This document shows positions 50,140-64,000 of a stretch of DNA of 64,000 nt, piece after piece. The position numbers and the translations under genes were made by a program. The DNA comes from Eimeria praecox (Eukaryota): assembly GCA_963920595.1 (NCBI GenBank), contig OY986948.1, positions 4,588,001 to 4,652,000 on the forward strand, given 5' to 3'. Under the pieces are notes generated by a model. That model saw only the letters and a list, made by a program, of their open reading frames with translations, ran no database searches and was not told the DNA's origin. Every line of letters begins with the position of its first letter. Within the stretch, counting starts at the first letter, position 1.

Positions 50140-50347
50140 CAATATATTATTATTGTATATTATAGGTAATATATATATTAACAATATATGATGTCTTGTC
50201 TGTGCTGTCTAGCGTATAAATATTATTTTCTTTATTTAACTATCTACCATCATTTATATCTTAAAGGAAGAAGAAATAAAGAAGAGAATGAAGTAAACAA
50301 ATAGATAATAATATAAAAAATAATTAAGCGTATTTGTTCTTCGCCTT

Positions 50348-50880
50348 GGCTAGCTAGCTAGCCCTTCAGGTAGCTAGCTAGCTAGCTGAAGGGCTAGCTA
50401 GCTAGCTAGCTGAAGGGCTAGCTAGCTAGTCAGGTAGCTGATGGGGCTAGCTAGCTAGCTAGCTGAAGGGTTAGCTAGCTAGCTAGCTAGCTAGTTAGCT
50501 AGCTAGCCCCATTAGCTAGCTAGCTAGCTGTCGGAACTGTTCGTTAGCTAGCTAGCTGAAGGGGTAGCTAGCTAGCTACCTAGCTGACGGACTAGCTAGC
50601 TAGCTAGCTAGCTGACGGGCTAGCTGGCTAGATAACTAGCTGAGTCGCCCTTCAGCTAGCTAGCTGAAGAGCTAGCCAGCTAGCTAGCTAGCTGAAGGGG
50701 TGGCTAGCTAGCTAGTTGAAGGGCTAGCTAGCTAGCTAGTTGAAGGGCTAGCTAGCTAGCTAGTTGAAGGGCTAGCTAGCTAGCTAGCTAGCTAGCTAGC
50801 TAGGTAGCTAGTTAGGTAGCTAGCTAGTTAGCTAGCTAGCTAGCTAACTAAGTGCCTGGCTAGATAACAGATAGCTAGCC
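50348..50880. repeat. (AGCT)n palindromic satellite punctuated by GAAGGG/CCCTTC spacers
   Basis: Runs of GCTA separated by TGAAGGG, TGACGGG, TGATGGGG or the inverted CCCTTCAG. Looser AGCT islands lie at 40500-40590, 46430-46775 and 57560-57705. Confidence 0.9.
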
Positions 50881-51399
50881 GAGGGGGATGAAGCAGCAGC
50901 AGCAGGAAGCATATTCTGCTGCTGCTGTCGCTGCCGCTGTTGCTGCAACTGTTGCTGCTGCAGCTGTTGCTGCTGCTGTTGCTGCAGCTGCTGCTGCTGC
51001 TGCTGCTGCAGCAGCAGCAGCAGCAAATATTGTAAATATATATATTTTGTGTTGTTTAAAATTTGTTATAAATACGCTGCTGTCATTATGTGTGTTTGTG
51101 GATATAATTATTCTTATTTTTTGTTTTATCTATTTATTTTTATTTATCTATTTTATTTTATTTATTTTATGTTATTTATTTTATTTATTTTATTTATTTT
51201 ATTTATTTTATTTATTTTATTTATTTTATTTATTTTATTTATTTTATTTATTTTATTTATTTTATTTATTTTATTTATTTTATTTATTTTATTTATTTTA
51301 TTTATTTGTTTGTTTACACAGACTACTATCTTTACACTTATCTATCTCTTTCTCTCTCTGTTACGTTTTGTGTATATACAGCATTCTTTCTTATTACTG

Positions 51400-51484
<85 letters not shown>

Positions 51485-51597
51485 TGTATTCTATAATGAT
51501 TATTAATTGCATTATATCTATTTTTGTTAGTTTTCTTACTTTTATTATTCGCCTTTTATTGTTGTTGCCGTTAGTACTGTATTGCTTGCGTTGTTAG

Positions 51598-51658
<61 letters not shown>

Positions 51659-51686
51659 CAACAAATAAATATATTATATATATTAT

Positions 51687-51738
<52 letters not shown>

Positions 51739-52179
51739 CACGAGTGTAACATGAGAGTATAAAGAAATTGTCTGTTTTTATAATATACTAAACTAAAATA
51801 CTAATATATTATAAAACACATAATATACTTAATTTATTTTATTTCTATCTTTATATACTTAAACAAAAACACAAATATATTATAAAACATATATAATATT
51901 TTATTATATTCATTCAAACTCATTTATATCTTCACGTATTTTTCTACATTATAAAATATATAAATTGTTAGTATTGTTTAGGCTTTTACTTACTATTATA
52001 TATTATTATTTATATAAATATAAATATAAATATAAATATAGATATAAATATAAATATAAATATAAATATAAATATAAATATAAATATAAATATAAATATA
52101 AATATAAATATAAATATAAATATAAATATAAATATAAATATAAATATAAATATAAATATAAATATAAATATAAGTATAA

Positions 52180-52226
<47 letters not shown>

Positions 52227-52244
52227 CATATAAATATAAATATA

Positions 52245-52319
<75 letters not shown>

Positions 52320-52431
52320 ATATAATATTTAAAGAAGTCTAAACATTACTAACAAATTATTATATATTATATTAGATATAATAATATATAATAATTATAT
52401 TTATTAATACATATATATATATATATATATA

Positions 52432-64000
<11,569 letters not shown>

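Noticed and set aside
50348..50880. CRISPR-like repeat/spacer appearance of the AGCT island and of the 17-mer array at 47572
   Set aside because: The context is eukaryotic, the spacers are 5-8 nt and recurrent rather than unique, and there are no cas genes.

Overview
Repeat-saturated eukaryotic genomic DNA, most likely from a coccidian apicomplexan (Eimeria-like). The evidence is pervasive CAG/CTG runs encoding poly-Q/A/S, interstitial TTTAGGG/CCCTAAA arrays, TGCATGCA runs and AT-rich microsatellite introns. Almost all ORFs in the supplied track are repeat translations. Building GT-AG gene models by hand, with consistent exon phases, gives eight recognisable genes: DTWD1-like acp3U transferase, CFAP299, cyclin H-like, EMC3, eIF3j, U1-70K, snRNP27, and the 3' part of an alpha-glucan/phosphoglucan water dikinase. 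There are also two low-complexity hypothetical genes. No tRNA, rRNA, CRISPR array or transposase was recognised, and I cannot claim a new multi-gene system. The most unusual signals are non-coding: (1) intronic 'echo' copies of exon-intron junctions in EMC3 and cyclin H, with mostly synonymous differences in EMC3; (2) telomere-type G-strand arrays sitting directly before start codons and just after 5' splice sites; (3) a dispersed GGTGTA/TACACC element, whose AGCTGCCTATACACC form lies upstream of both spliceosomal genes; (4) a U1-70K terminal intron whose donor overlaps an in-frame stop; (5) a 46-bp coding palindrome in DTWD1. All gene models are sequence-only predictions with no RNA support.
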